Source: Octopus sinensis (taxonomy: Eukaryota). From it: a stretch of DNA of 64,000 bases. This document shows positions 38,157 to 52,343 of this stretch, in pieces (the first letter of the stretch is position 1; every line of letters starts with the position of its first letter). The stretch spans positions 53,010,001 through 53,074,000 of the forward strand of contig NC_043002.1 in the NCBI RefSeq assembly GCF_006345805.1, in the 5' to 3' direction. Below the pieces are notes generated by a model. That model searched no databases. It saw only the letters and a program-made list of their open reading frames with translations, and had not been told where the DNA came from. The translations under genes and the position numbers were made by a program.

Positions 38157-38329
38157 CACATACATATGTGTGTGTGTATTTACATAAAGATAGTTATGGC
38201 TGCTGTATGGGGTTACTCAGAGTTTTGAATCTGTAGAGTACTTAGCTTTAAAGCATCTCAGACCAGCCGTAACTATCTAAATACTCTACTGCTCTATAAT
38301 TTAGTGTGCTTCTCTTTTGGATTTATGAT

Positions 38330-38533
38330 TTACATGGCCCCTGTGCTGGTGGCACGTAAAAAACACCCACTACACTCATGGAGTGGTTGGCGTCAGGAAG
38401 GGCATCCAGCTGTAGAAACACTGCTAGATCAGACTGGAGCCTGGCGCAGCCTCCTGGCTTCCCAGACCCCAGTCGAACTGTCCAACCCATGCTAGCATGG
38501 AAAACGAACATTAAACGACGATGATGATGATGA
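38330..38533 (+). mobile_element. RTE 3'-tail (C) module
   Basis: Close match to 29400-29570 and 33830-34020; (GAT)n tail. Confidence 0.9.
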
Positions 38534-39342
38534 TATATATATATACAGAGAGAGAGAGAGAGGGAGGGGGATGAAATCTTATTTTTGGTTTGATTATTTT
38601 ACAAAATAAAAACAAGTGAATGCAAAGTATTGCTAATTGATAACTCTGGGAAATTAATATTTCTATCCCAGAAACCTAATAACTAATGCTTAAAACTGTG
38701 ATCAAATGACATTTGAATGATACACAAGTGAAATGAAAACATCAAATGGCTGTATTTTCTTTTAAAATACAATACCATAAGGAACTATTAAAAAAGAACT
38801 AAAAGCTATTGAGTTAAGGAAAATAAAACTGTAACACTCATACTGTTGTTGCTTAGCAACAGGGAAGCACTGATCAAAGTGATCGCAGGTACTCCAGATT
38901 AGGATCACCTTATCCATTGTGTTCTTACTACAATGACTACAGTGTGGTCATTATGGACCATTAGACTGCTATTGCTAGCAGGTTGAGCAACTGCATAACG
39001 ACCAATTTGTTGGTTCATGACCTTCATTTGTTGTACAAACACATCATCAGCAATGAGATGGAAGTTATCTGGCTGCAAACAACAGAAGCCCAGTCATAGG
39101 CTCAGCTAACCAGAAGATTATGGTACTAGCTCTTAAAGATTTGTCTCATTATATACATGTATAGATATATCTACAGATATATACCTGTGCTGGTGGCATG
39201 CAAAAAGCACCTGTTACTCTCTTGGAATGGTTGGCATTAGGAAGGGTATCCAGCCATAGAAATTATGTCAAATCAGACATGTCAGGTCCAGTCAAACCTT
39301 CTAACCCATGGCAGCATGGAAAGTGGATGTTAAATGATGATG

Positions 39343-39345
<3 letters not shown>

Positions 39346-39383
<38 letters not shown>

Positions 39384-39596
39384 TAAATATGTATATACAC
39401 AAACTTAAAAATATACAAACACATACATATAAACACCCACCCACACATATATAAATATATATACATATATACACATATATAAACACACACATATACACAC
39501 ATATATATATACACACATATATGCACACACACACACATATATATACACACACCCACACATACATACACACACCCACATATATATATATATATATAA
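39346..39596. repeat. Compound (CA)n/(TA)n microsatellite
   Basis: About 250 bp of CA/TA/CATA units. Similar tracts at 6850-6980, 15380-15545, 21660-21745, 27406-27445, 36550-36605, 52795-52862, 59025-59120 and 62980-63150. Confidence 0.95.
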
Positions 39597-41051
39597 AACT
39601 GGTAAGTTACAGAGACATAAACAAAGCAACACCGGTTGTCAAGCAAAGGTAAGAGACATGAATAAACATGACAAGTTTCCACAAAGTTTCCATCTACCAA
39701 ATTTAGTGATGGGCTATTGGTCAGCACAGGTCCATAGATAAAGACATGTGCCGAAGGTGCCATGTGGTGAGATTGAACCTAAGATCACATAATTGGAAAG
39801 TGAGATTCTTAAGCACACAGCTATACCTCCACTTATGTAAATCATATATATATCTTTTTATTGTAAATTTTATCATGTTTGTCTTCATTCGCAAACATAA
39901 AGAAAATTAACCATTTTCTGATTATATTTCCAATGAAAAGCAATGACTGAGTTTCAATAGATTTTCAAAAATATACTAGAATTTGGAGGAATTTAGAAAA
40001 AACAACTAATTTGTTTCATTTGTGTGGTTTAGCTTGTTTGACAGCAACATGGTTTCAGGTTCAATCCCACAGAGTGTCACCTTGGTCTAGAGTCTTCTAC
40101 TAGAGCTCTTGAGCTGATCAATGCTTTGCGAGTGAATATGGTAGACAGAACAGTGTGGAATGTTGTTGTTGTGTGTGTAGAGAGAGAGAGAGTGTGAGAG
40201 AGAGAGTGAGAAATTGATGGATGGGTGCATGTTAGCTATTGTGTTTATCTCCCACTGCTTGACAACCAGCAATGCATTGTAACAATTCCTCATAACTTGG
40301 TGGTTTGGCAAAATAAGGAGCTGATAGAATAAGTAACCAAAATTAAAATAAAATACTGGGGCTGATTTCATCATCTAAACTGTTCAAGGTGGTGCTCTTA
40401 ACATGGCTGTTATCCAATGACTGAAACTAGTAAAAGAGTATGCCGTTATCTGACACGTAGCAAAAGTTTCTTAATATAAGTATGAACAGCTTCAATGCAA
40501 GAAATTTTGTATTATGAAACTAGAAGCAGACTCAAGTATACTGCTAGCTAAAAGGTTGAATATGCTAACGGTAGAGTATGTCACATGAACAAAAAAGAGC
40601 ACATACGAGAGATACATATGCAAACCTAAAATAAACTAGTGCCAACACCTTTACCAGTTAAAATCTTTATCTCGTCAGCTTTTCCACAGCTTTGCCTATT
40701 ATATTTTTAATAACACATTCCTTTCCATCTTAATTAGTTCTGCATATTTGGTTAGCAACACTCTAGAATAGAAAAACTATTTACCAATGCCATCAGTGCA
40801 ATGTAAGAATAGGTAACACTTAAACACATTTCTTTTACAGAGTGGTTGACATAGAATTCCAAATCTATGATATTTTGTTTATTATATTAAGTCAAATTGT
40901 TTCTAGCTGTGTGGTAAGAAGCTTGCTTCCCAATCACATGGTTCTAGGTTCAGTCCCACTATGTGGCACCTTGGGCAAGTGTCTTCTACAATAGCTTTAG
41001 GCCAATCAGAGTTCTGTGAGTGGATTTGGAATATGGAAACTTCGAAAATTC

Positions 41052-41700
41052 ACTTGTCTGTGATGAAAAATACTCCTATTGTACTGTTCTGACCTCATCT
41101 ACAGAATTCACATTTTTACCATCCAAATGATTTTGAAGACTGCAGAATAAATGATAATCAGATGAAGCAATGTCCGGTGAACATGGTAGGTGGTGCATCA
41201 TTTCCCATTCATACTGCTTCAGCCTTTGGAATGCCGTCCTCGCTACACATCCACTCTTTGTATGCAATTAGACCCAGAAAACTTGTGAAGAATGCATTGA
41301 CCCAATTTGCTGCCTTTTCTGATGGCATGCAGGTGTCAATGAATGTTTAAATGACCAAATCCAAGCTTCTCTGCTAGTACCTCAACAATTACAATGGGAT
41401 TTTGCTTCACTAGGGTTTGCAGGACATCCTTGTTGAGCTCTACAGATCTTCCCGGAAGAGGCTTGTCTTCTAGGCTGTAGTTTCTGGCTTGGAATTTCTG
41501 GAACCACCATTGACACTAGCTTCTGCTTATTGTCCAATTCCCATATACTGCATTAATATTCCTTGCACTGTCTTTTGCGTTGTTACCTTTACTGAAGTCA
41601 TAAAGAAAACTATGCCAAATATGCTCCTTTGTCACTTCCCTTATAGCTTTGAAAAAATAACTGTTAAAAAATAAAACTGCACTCTTAAAAACTTGCACTA
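41052..41700 (-). mobile_element. Internally deleted mariner (DD34D-type) transposase remnant
   Basis: N-terminal KEHIWHSFLYDFSKGNNAKDSARNINAVYG and C-terminal HLPCSPDIASSDYHLFCSLQNHLDG resemble the mariner HPPYSPDLAPSDYHLF motif. TIRs not resolved. Confidence 0.75.
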
Positions 41701-41810
41701 AGAATAAGTTAAATTAGTACCAGCTTTTATAGCATGTTAATGCAGGTAGGTTATCCTGTCTCCCCTCTGCATGCAATTGAAAAAGTGTATTATTTATGGG
41801 ATGACCCAAT

Positions 41811-42036
41811 ATGTGTGTGTGTATATCTACGCGCATGTGTGTGTGTGTATATCTACGCGCGTGTGTGTGTGTGTATATCTACGCGCGTGTGTGTGTGTGT
41901 ATATCTACGCGCGCGTGTGTGTGTATATCTACGCGCGTGTGTGTGTATATCTACGCGCGTGTGTGTGTGTGTTAGTGAGTATATATCTACATGTGTGTGT
42001 GTGTGTTAGTGAGTATATATCTACATGTGTGTGTGT
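41811..42036. repeat. Minisatellite GTATATCTACGCGC(GT)n, six copies plus two variants
   Basis: Core at 41821, 41847, 41873, 41899, 41923 and 41945; followed by a SINE A tail from ~42040. Confidence 0.9.
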
Positions 42037-43000
42037 CTTTGAGTCTGTGTTTGTCTTCTAACACCACTTGACAACCAGTTTGGTGTCTTAGCAGTTTGGC
42101 AAAAGAGACTGATAGAATAAGTACTAAGCTTAAACAACATAAGTGCTGGGCTAGATTTGTTCTACTAAAACCCCTTCAAGGTGGTACCCTAGTATAGTCG
42201 CAGTTAAATGACTGAAACAAGAAAAGGTAAAGGATAGAAGATAGCAAGCATAGCTGTGTAGTAGAGAAGCTCACTTTGCAACCATGTCGTTTTGGGTTCA
42301 ATCCCGCTGAGCAGCACTTTGAGCAAGTGTCTTCTTACTATAGTCCCATAGTCTGCAATGCCTTGTGGAAGTCTCTCCTATATACGTAACTAATAATCAC
42401 TAATATCCACTTATCTTTTCTTTTTACAACTTGGGTATAATACTACCCACTCCACCATTCATTTTAATCCTCATGTTTAGTATCAAATTTCTCACATACA
42501 TTGATAAATATGGTAGAGCTGCATAATATTGTTTCATTATGTTAAAGATTGCCATCATGTCTTCAGTTTTGTTTGCTAAGGTTGAGGTGGTTTAGGGCAA
42601 AACTCTCAAAAAACTTATTCTTTACATTCAAGATTTTGATTATGCCTTATTTTGTTCCATATAAAAAGTTGTTTATAGTGAAATGCTCAAGGTTGTTTTG
42701 TGAGGCTAACGTTTAGTGTTTTTCATTTCATTCCAAAGCTGAGGTTGTTAACAACCAGACACTTGAACATGTATTGTAAAGAGTAGCATAATATTAGAGA
42801 TTTGAAACATTCTATCACATACAATTTGAATTCTAGCTTCTTTGAAAGGTGAATTAGATTTAAATCAATAAACACAAAACATGCAAAATATTATACATAC
42901 ATACATATATATATATACACACACATGCATATGTATATATATACACACACACATATGCATGCACACACACATCTTTAAAAAATGTATAGCATTTTATTAC

Positions 43001-43035
<35 letters not shown>

Positions 43036-44169
43036 GCTAATGTTTTATTACTGTTCATTTTATGAGCAGTTCAAGTCACTAAATATATTGATTAAAGGAA
43101 ACGGGAATAACAAGGAAAGATTTAGTGATCAACAAGAACCAATAAACTTGATCATTTTTAGAATAGGAGAACTGAAAAGTATCTTTCTTTTTTTATACCA
43201 TCTCTTTCAAGGTTTACAGGGACTTCAGAAGCTAAGTGCAGACAACACATGGCAAAGCTACAGCTGTCTTCAAGTACAAGAAGCCTATGTGATCCAATTA
43301 CACAATCAACCAAGACAGGTAACTTCACCTGTACACATTCATCATCATACTATATATCCAATTCAAACCTGCAAGATGTAGAAAAACCAATAGAGTTTTT
43401 AAAACTGTAGAAGTCTTCCACAGACATGGTTCTTCTTGGTATGATATCACATCATAAACAAAGAAGTCATGGAAAGGTCAGGGATGAGTAACCTATGAGA
43501 TGGCAGCCGATGCTCAGCCACATGCTACACATGAAGGGACCTGGGACAGCTTTTTGGAGTGGAAACCAGAGAGGTCATTCATAGTCTAGATCCTGTTCAT
43601 ATCTTGCTAAAGATAATCTGCTGTTGTCTAGGGCTATACTCTGGACTACACTATCCAATATGTACTTTTTTTCTGTTTTAATATGTTAGGGTAAGATTTG
43701 GCTGCTACTTCTAGCCAGTTGAGTAACCACAAAGAGGCTCCCTCATTGAAAGAGAAATCTTTTTGAATAGATAATCTACAATCACTTTTATCTCACCAAT
43801 GTCATTTTTAACAAGAGGAATTTCTGTCTTTTGCACCTCTTTCATTTTATTGATTTCAGTCTTTGGACTGCATCAATGATGGGGCACTGCCATTAGGGAT
43901 TTTAGTTAACTATATCGATCCTATTGTTTCATCTAATACTTATTCTTTCAACTGCTATTTCAAATGATTATGTCCATTTTGGTAGTGCAAAGGGATATAA
44001 TTTGGACAAACTAAATGTGATTACTTTTGTTTGACTAATTCACCAGTAATTCCCCCACCACACACACAAACACACACATGCACACAATGGACTTCTGCAA
44101 CACTGCCACCTACCAAATTTTACTTGCAAATACCAAGTTTATTTATTTATTTTTGCCCAGGATATTTTT

Positions 44170-44735
44170 TTCAGTTCAAGTGACCGAAACCTTTGGCAGT
44201 ATGCTGTACTAGAGAAGATCCATCAAGCCAAGTGAAATCGTAGTCGTGACTTATGTCAGTGTTGTGTAACAGGCATTCATGCTAGTGGCATGTTAAAAAC
44301 ACCCTTCAAACATTGGGTGATATGCTGTGCTGGAGAAGACCTGTCAAGCCAAGTGAAATGGTAGTCATGGGCAATGTCAGTGTCACATAACTGGCACCCA
44401 TGCCAGTGACATGTAAAAAGCACCCTATGAACTTTGGGCCTCACAGAGGCAGTGACAAGTGACTGAGATCTTTGGCAATATACTGTGCTCAAGAAAATCT
44501 GTCAAACCAAGTGAGAACATAGTTGTGGCAGGTGCTGGTGTTTTGTAACTGGCAAGTAAATAGCACCTACTAAACTCTTGAAGTGGTTGGAATTACAAAG
44601 GGCATCCAGTAGTAGAAACCATGCCAAATCAGATTGGAATCTGGAGCAGCTACCCAGCTTACCAGTTTTCATCCAACCCATGCGAGCATGGAAAGCGGAT
44701 GTTAAAATGATGATAATGGTGATGATGATGATGTA
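44170..44735 (+). mobile_element. Old RTE 3' UTR/C module with three diverged junction units
   Basis: GAGAAGA(T/C)C..TCAAGCCAAGTGAAAT-like units at about 44211, 44333 and 44491, then the C tail and (GAT)n. Confidence 0.7.
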
Positions 44736-47700
44736 GTGCAGTTTCTTGAGTTTTAAAAATGAGGACACCTCGATATTTTTTAAACAATCACTAACGAACG
44801 TGCAAGTTGAAATAATTATGAATGTTTTGTTTATATGCCAAGAAAAGTTTATATGTCCTCACCAATGATGAATCTAGTAAAGTTGTATAAACTCTCGACA
44901 ATGTGGTCAATAGATCAGCAATCTAAGTACATAATCCCAATCTAGATTAATGATATTAAAAGTCCCAGATGACAGGACCTTTTATATACATATATTTATC
45001 CAATGTGAAAGAGGATCCCAAACAAATATGGATAGTCATATGTACTTTCAAATAGAGAGATTAGTTACAAAAACTGAAACCTACTTTCGAAACAATGCAT
45101 TGTATCTGGTGTAATTTTATATGAAACTAATGAAAAGAAAATCAGATGACATTAATTGATTATTGTAAAATTAGCGGAGGGGAATGTTACATATTGGATA
45201 GTGTCAGGTGAAAAGAATCTCAAGTTTCCTACAAGTAACAGGTGTGCCAATTCAGAAGTTGCTAAGCATAAAGTTCCAGCAATTCAGATAGGATCTGTGT
45301 ATTGCAGAAACAGATTTCATAAAATCCTATTGTTTTATTATTTATCAATTCCATTAGCAGCTAGCTTTGCACAATGACTTTAGAACAGTGCGTGTATTAA
45401 GTCTATCATGGAAAAAAAACAAACAAATGCAAAATCCTGAATATTAAAAGCAAACTAACTGAAAGCTAAGTTTGAATAATTAGCGAGAACAGTACGTAAC
45501 AGGTCACCGAAGCAACAAATTATGTAATGTAGAAGTAACATTATTCAGTTGCATTCAATCAGATAAATGAATAAAGTCTAAAAGACACCTACTTACTAAC
45601 TGACCGCTTAGACACTGTGGATAAATTTACTTTACTCTCTCTCTCTCCTCTCCTATCAGCTTTGACATACGAGGCTCTAACAGCCAATATTATAGCCATT
45701 AGACTATGTACACAGATGATTTGTTTTCAGTAGCAAAGCCTTGTGTAGGACTAGCTACATGTTTTAGAAAAGCTGTTAGCAAAAAGTTGGTGCAAATATT
45801 TGCAACAAACTCAATGAACATCATATCTTAAACTTTTCAATTAGAATTCTCAGTTGCCTTCACCACAGTTTAAGGTTCTATTAACTCCAACATGTTAAAT
45901 TTGAAATTGATGCCAAACCATAAATTGTTATGTACAAGCACATTTATGTACTTTGTGTAGTTGAATGGTCATTGACTCTCACGATTTCATTTGCCCTTCA
46001 ATCATGTCAGCATTGCTTAGCTTGGACTGGAATTTCTGTAAATTTTAATAAATTTTAAATGTATTGTTGGGAGGTTGAGGATTAAAGTTGAGGATTAAGT
46101 GCTAAAGGGTTAAAGTCAAGCAGATATTGTTAAACTAAGAAGACTGATAATAGAAGCTCTAGCAAAGTCTTCAACTGTCTATATTGCATGGAAAAGTTCT
46201 TCACCAATCATGAAGTTTCATAGCAGTTATATTTGCAGTAGAGTCCTCTTTATTATCAATTCTCTAGAGTCAATAATACAAAAATATCTGTATTTACTGT
46301 GACATATGGTATCGTATATAATTTATAATTTTCTTTCCCACAAATCTCTTGATATTTTCTGGATATGATCTTGAATGATTTCAAACTTATTGCCCAAATT
46401 ATTACAGTATGACTTACAAATGTGTCTTCAAAAGATAAATAAATACATGAATAAAGATACAATTACAAATTAAATTAACAGAGTATATCTGATTGTTAGC
46501 ACTGCTTCTTGACTTAATAGGCAACAGAAAGTTATCCTTTGTGACAATGAGATATATCACTATTACTATAACAAATCATTGTCATCATCAACATCATCAT
46601 CAATATTTAATGTCTATTTTCTAAACTGGTGTGGGTTAGACAGCTTGACAGGAACTGACAAGGCCAGGGTCCACATCAGGTTCCACACCAGGTCCCATAG
46701 GCTGTTTTGGTTTGGTTTCTATGGCTGGATGCCCTTCCTAACACCAACCACTGTACAGAGTGTACAGGATGCTTTTTACAGGGCACCATCACTAGTGCTT
46801 TTTATGTCGCACCAACACCTTTTTCATGGCACCAGCACCCACACCAATGTTTTTTATGTGGCACGTTGGTTTTAGGATCTCTGTTCTGTTGTGGTAGGAG
46901 TATTTTTTTCGAATACGACAATGTGCCACATATCTTGGTCCATAGAAATATGAATGGAATTATAATGAAACTAAGTAGCAGAAAAATTAAAACCCCTATA
47001 ATTTAAAAAAAAAATTGGGTGTGTAGTCAAATATCTAATGATTAAAATGGTAAGTCAGTTTCATTTGTGAATAAATAGGTGACATTTATTTGTTCCCAAA
47101 AGGATATATTTTATATTTTCTAACTACATGAATTATAGATAGATTCTTCAACAACCATTGATATTTAGATGAATGTAAATTAAGCAAGCAAACTGATGCT
47201 TTAAATGCCTTTCCAAATATCAACATTGTACATCAACTCAAGTTCTGAAACAATGGTTTTAAATTTTGGCCCACGGCCAGCAATTTTAGGGAGAAAGGGT
47301 TGATTGATATCACTGACCCCAGTGCTCAACTGATACTTTATTATATCGACCCCTTAAAGGATGAAAGGCAAATCAGACTTCAATGGCGTTTGAGCTTAGA
47401 ACATAAATAGTCAGAAGAAATACCCTGAAGTATTCTGCTACCAATTCCTCCAGCTCAAATAATGTTTGTTTGCATTGACAATATATATTTATTTATATAT
47501 GTACGCACACCTTCTCAACTTACAACTGAGTTCTGTTTTGATTGAGAGGTTGTAAGTTGACTTGGTCGCATATCAGATTTATATTTTTTAACACTATTTT
47601 CATTCAAATGCAACTGATGCTTGAAAGTGACTGAATGAGAGACAGCGGCAGGCAGTGGATGCCTGGGTCTGAGGGAGGCCTGTGTTGCCAGATGCTGACA

Positions 47701-48691
47701 TAGTTATTCTAGTGCAGCTGTCTAATGTCCGAAAATTGATTACTTATTGATTTAAAAATATTTTTTGTTTCCATATTTGTTGTGGTCATAAATGAGGAAG
47801 GTCCTAAGTCACATAGGTTGTCAGTTGAGGAGAAGGTGTGTGTGTGTATGTGTGTGTATAAAATAATGAAGGCTAGAGGTAATATAAAACCAAAAAGGAA
47901 AAATTCAATTGTCTCTAATAGTGACTGAGGGTACAGGGTAGCAACTACATGACTAGAAACAAGAGTCAAAGACCCTTATAGCCACAAAAAGCACACTGTC
48001 TATGTACTAACATATACTGAAACTTTACTGAAAATCTAATATAAACATTTTTTTAAAGTTAATTTACAGACAAATTGTAATTTTAATTATTCAACGGGAC
48101 AATGATCTTTGCGTCTTATATCAATTAATGACCAACTAAAATTTAGTTATCTGGATTAATAAAAAAGATATCTGGGATAAGTGAATAAGTTCATTCAGTA
48201 ATCCTACTACTTCAAAAACTGTCCCATTCTCTCTGAGCCAGAATCAGCTGAGTCCAGATTTTGTGATGAACAGAGTAGTTACATTATGGCCCTAAAGAAG
48301 CTAAATATTACTTAGTATATATATATATATATATATATATATCCTTCAAGGGACCAATAACATAGAATACCAGTCAAATACTGGGATTAATCCATTCAGC
48401 TGACTATGATTCCTCCAGAAATAAAAATTACCAAGCTCCTTCATTAGTCAAATAATTTTTTTTTAAATTAGCTTACCAAGCAATAGTAATTAAAATTAAA
48501 CAAGTCTATTTCCGTATAAAACATTATCACACAAAAAAAAATTGTTGATAGTATGTGAATTTAGATTGCAAGAATATATATAATTAGAAAAAATCCCACT
48601 TTATACCATTTAGAAAAATTACATATTATAGAAAGATTAAATATAAGATAAAACATAACTATGATTAAGCAATGTACAAAATAATCAATAA

Positions 48692-48728
<37 letters not shown>

Positions 48729-51482
48729 ACAGGATTTTTAAAGATGTAGGTTGTATTTTGAGGGAGGTTCCACAGCTAATTTGGGCAGGTTGACTGACCA
48801 TGTAGATGCCACAATCTTTAGCTTATAGGATCATATAAGTCAAAGTCACTTAGATTAGTAGTTAGTACTATAATGACAATTAATTTTGTGAATTCGCTCT
48901 CTCTCTCTCTCTCAGAACATCTGTTCATGCAGAATGACTTACACACAGACATACATACATACATGTAATTATATACATACACACACTTTCAAACTTACTT
49001 CAAAATAGGTGAAGTAAAATATAAACACTAAGAGTAAATACGCTTACTTGCTAAAAATCTCATTTTACAGATCATATGATATATAGCTGAATTTTAACAA
49101 CAATGCAAAAACAATACAGACCTAGAAGGAATATAGTGAACTAGAACAAAGACTCCAGCTAGGATCAATAATACATATATATATGTGTGTGTCTGTATGT
49201 GTGTGTATATATATAAATATATATATATATATACAGAGTTGTTTCTTCATGGCATCTGGCAAGGTAACCAAGTATCTGCAAGACAAGACTCCTTTGATTG
49301 AGCAATATGAGATATGATATATTTTATATATATATATAAAACAAAACTTCAATGATATACGTAGATAATCAGTCTAGATCATTTCATGTTATCCTACCAT
49401 ACCTGCTACTACTTCTGCCATCAGCCATACCAAGCAGATTAGAAGATTATCTCAGTGTTACAGTCTAAGCTTGACATAACAGCTCTAATTGTACATTCGT
49501 AGTTATTCTTTGATAATCATGCAGGCATGACTGTATAATTAAGAAGTTCACTTCACAGTCATATGGTGCCAGGTTCAATCCCATTGTGCAGTACTTTGGC
49601 CAAGTATCTTCAGGTTGACCCAAACACTTATGACGAAAAAAACTGTGTAAATATAAACTGTATGTACCTGCTCTCATCTGATAGACTTAATCTATTGCCT
49701 GGTCAACACCAGCATCAAAGCCCCTGATTCTCCTTTGCTGTGTCAATTCATTTGCAACATTTGTACTGAATCTCCTTACAGCAGTTAAGTTTTCTGCTAG
49801 GTTTTTCCCCACCAAAACTCTTAGAGGCTTTGCAAAACAACTCAAAAGTAACGTACTTACTCTTCTGATTAACAAAAGAAAAGCCAAGGTCTGGTTGTTC
49901 TATGTATGTGCTCATATGTTATATATTTTTTTTCTCTCGAAATATTTACCAAGGGATTGAGCTCTTGTGACAGTTGAGTTGGAAGAAAGCAACTGCTAGA
50001 GAAGGGGAGACCAGAAGGGGAGAATGTTAATCATCTGAAGACCTTTCAGTCTTTGCTTTTTCTTTATTCACAAGTATACATGTATATATATATTCAAGGA
50101 ATTTTATCTGTTTATTTGGATCATTGTCTCCATATTTGCTCACTTGAATTCCCTTTACAGCCACTTGTTACCCTGCTGACGACTTGGTCCTTGGTAAATA
50201 TTTTGGAGTGTAAGGTCAAATCTTTTGAGTGCTACTGTTTTCTATATGGAGATTCTCTTGATTTCATCTGTTAACTCTCTCTCTCTCTCACTCTCTCTCT
50301 CTCTATATATATATATATGGGAAATGAATACAGTTTGTGTAATATGTACGCATAGTGTTAAGTATAAGTGAAACCAATACTGTGCATAAAATAATATTTA
50401 ATTTGGGCATTGAAAAGTTAGATATAATCTAAAGACTATCAGTTTCATCTCTTATTTTTTTCAGAAACAAGAGATTGTGTATTCATATATGCATTATATT
50501 GATATAAAATGCATGTACTATGTACATTAATTGTGTGTGTGTATGTATACAAGGGTTACAGAATGGAGTTTGGGAAATCTGGGCTACATATGTTTCATTA
50601 CAAGTGGAACCCCAGAAGTGGTAAAATCCAAGTGAGGTGTATACTGTTGCCTAATCTTCAGGCCAAGGATATCTTGTATTCTTTTTTGGCACACTCAGCA
50701 ACTCTGGTTGCCTACCAAAGAATTTAAAAAGAAATTTTTTGCAGCTCATTGTTCTTCAATAAAAGGAAAAGAAAAAAAAATCCACAACCTTCCGTCTCAA
50801 TAAACCACTATTATTCCAGAAAGTTTTTTTTTTATAATAACTACAGATTGCTCAAAGCTAACTTTCTTCCTACACCTTGATCCCTAGACCTTACATTTAT
50901 GTGTGTGTGTGGGGGGGGGGGCGTATTTATATATATTACACAAATATTGCTATTTAAATTTGTATACTATACACACACAGAAGCATACTTGTACACATGC
51001 ATACTGAATAAGCACTTGTTCATCTACTGCAACATGAGCCAAGTTATTTGAAATTCAGCATATGTTAATATGCTGTTTACCTTGGGCAACATTTCAACGT
51101 AAATCCAGCAGGTTAATAAATTCATCATGTCTAGTTAATTGCACAGTTTGGGTAGATAGCCAAACATGTATCGTAGTTCAGTGCTTTGTAGTACTGAGTT
51201 CAATTTTCATCCAGAGCCAAAATTTGAAGTGCTTAACAACATACTGGCACTTCTACACTGACACCTTGTTTGTAAAAAAAACTCTTCTAGTAACTATTAT
51301 TGTAGTAGCAAGCACTTAATATAACCACATATTTAATGAATGGAAATCTTAGACAAAATTTTATTCTCAGCCTGAATAACAATATTCCCGTTCTGTTGAG
51401 AAAATCTTGAACACAACAAATTCATTTTCTTATTCTATAATTCTACAGTTATGCATTTATAGGAAAAAAATCAAAACATTTG

Positions 51483-51875
51483 TATATATATATATATATA
51501 TATATAGTTGTCTGTGTGTGGCAGGTTTGGTAGCCTTCAACTAACACTATCTCCTTCGAGACCTTGCGGCGCAAGTTGACCAAAATTAAGAGTATGATAG
51601 AAGAAGGCTTGCTCTTCATTCCGTAGAAGATAAAATTCAAATCGGACCATGTTAAGAGCAAAAGTTATTTACATCAAAAGGTGCTTTTTTTCTATGAAAA
51701 TCCTTATTTTTTACGATTTTTTTACTGCTGTGTCGCCATTTTTCAGTGTATTTCAACCAGAAAAATGTTCACTTAAAGAGAATAACAAGCTACATAATGC
51801 AACATTTTCACTTTTCAAAAATTCCAATTCTAAAGGGTTAAAACAAACCCGAGCAACGCCGGGCAATACTGCTAG
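51483..51875 (+). mobile_element. Non-autonomous Helitron, second family with the same 3' terminus
   Basis: Ends ACCCGAGCAACGCCGGGCAATACTGCTAG|T (hairpin CCCG/CGGG); internal sequence unlike 32566-32947; 5' end merges with (TA)n. Confidence 0.75.
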
Positions 51876-52317
51876 TATATATATATTTTGAAATTTGAAA
51901 TATTTAATTGAACCGTTTTGTAGACTACTTATGTTTCAATATAGTCAAGATATTAGGAGAGGTTTAGTAAAATATTTATAACCTTCTATACTGATATACT
52001 ATACTGTGGTTATCTAGCTGAAATCCTTGTGATGAGATTTTGATAAAGATATTAATTTAAATATGTACATTGTATTTAGTATGGACAGTATCACACAGGG
52101 TTAGTATTAAATGATTTAAGATATTCTTTAGAAGATCTTTAAGAAATGAAAAATGTGCTTTTCTGCAAATTATTTCTTTCAAAACAAAAAACTGTTATAC
52201 AAAGTTACAGAGTGATGAATGTTCTATGATATTAGTCAACACAGCAAAGTAGAAGATTATTCAGGAGAGCAAAGTATGAAAAAGTAAAAGTTTGTCTCAC
52301 CAACAATAAATTCAGAT

Positions 52318-52343
52318 ACTCACCTGGAAAAGAAGAAAAGAAA
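52318..52343 (-). other. Juxtaposed 3' and 5' splice-site motif (candidate recursive splice site)
   Basis: Minus strand TTTCTTTTCTTCTTTTCCAG|GTGAGTAT; 18 consecutive pyrimidines before AG. Function is inferred only. Confidence 0.45.

Noticed and set aside
39263-39763. 166-aa ORF and similar C/V/Y/I/H/T-rich ORFs (15301-15637, 21874-22317, 41734-42061)
   Set aside because: Translations of (CA)/(TA) microsatellites and SINE sequence.
49041-49060. TAG|CAA|GTAAGC 3-nt microexon-like motif, and 2-nt analogues near 47520 and 54160
   Set aside because: Weak pyrimidine tracts; AG close to a GTAAG is common in AT-rich DNA.
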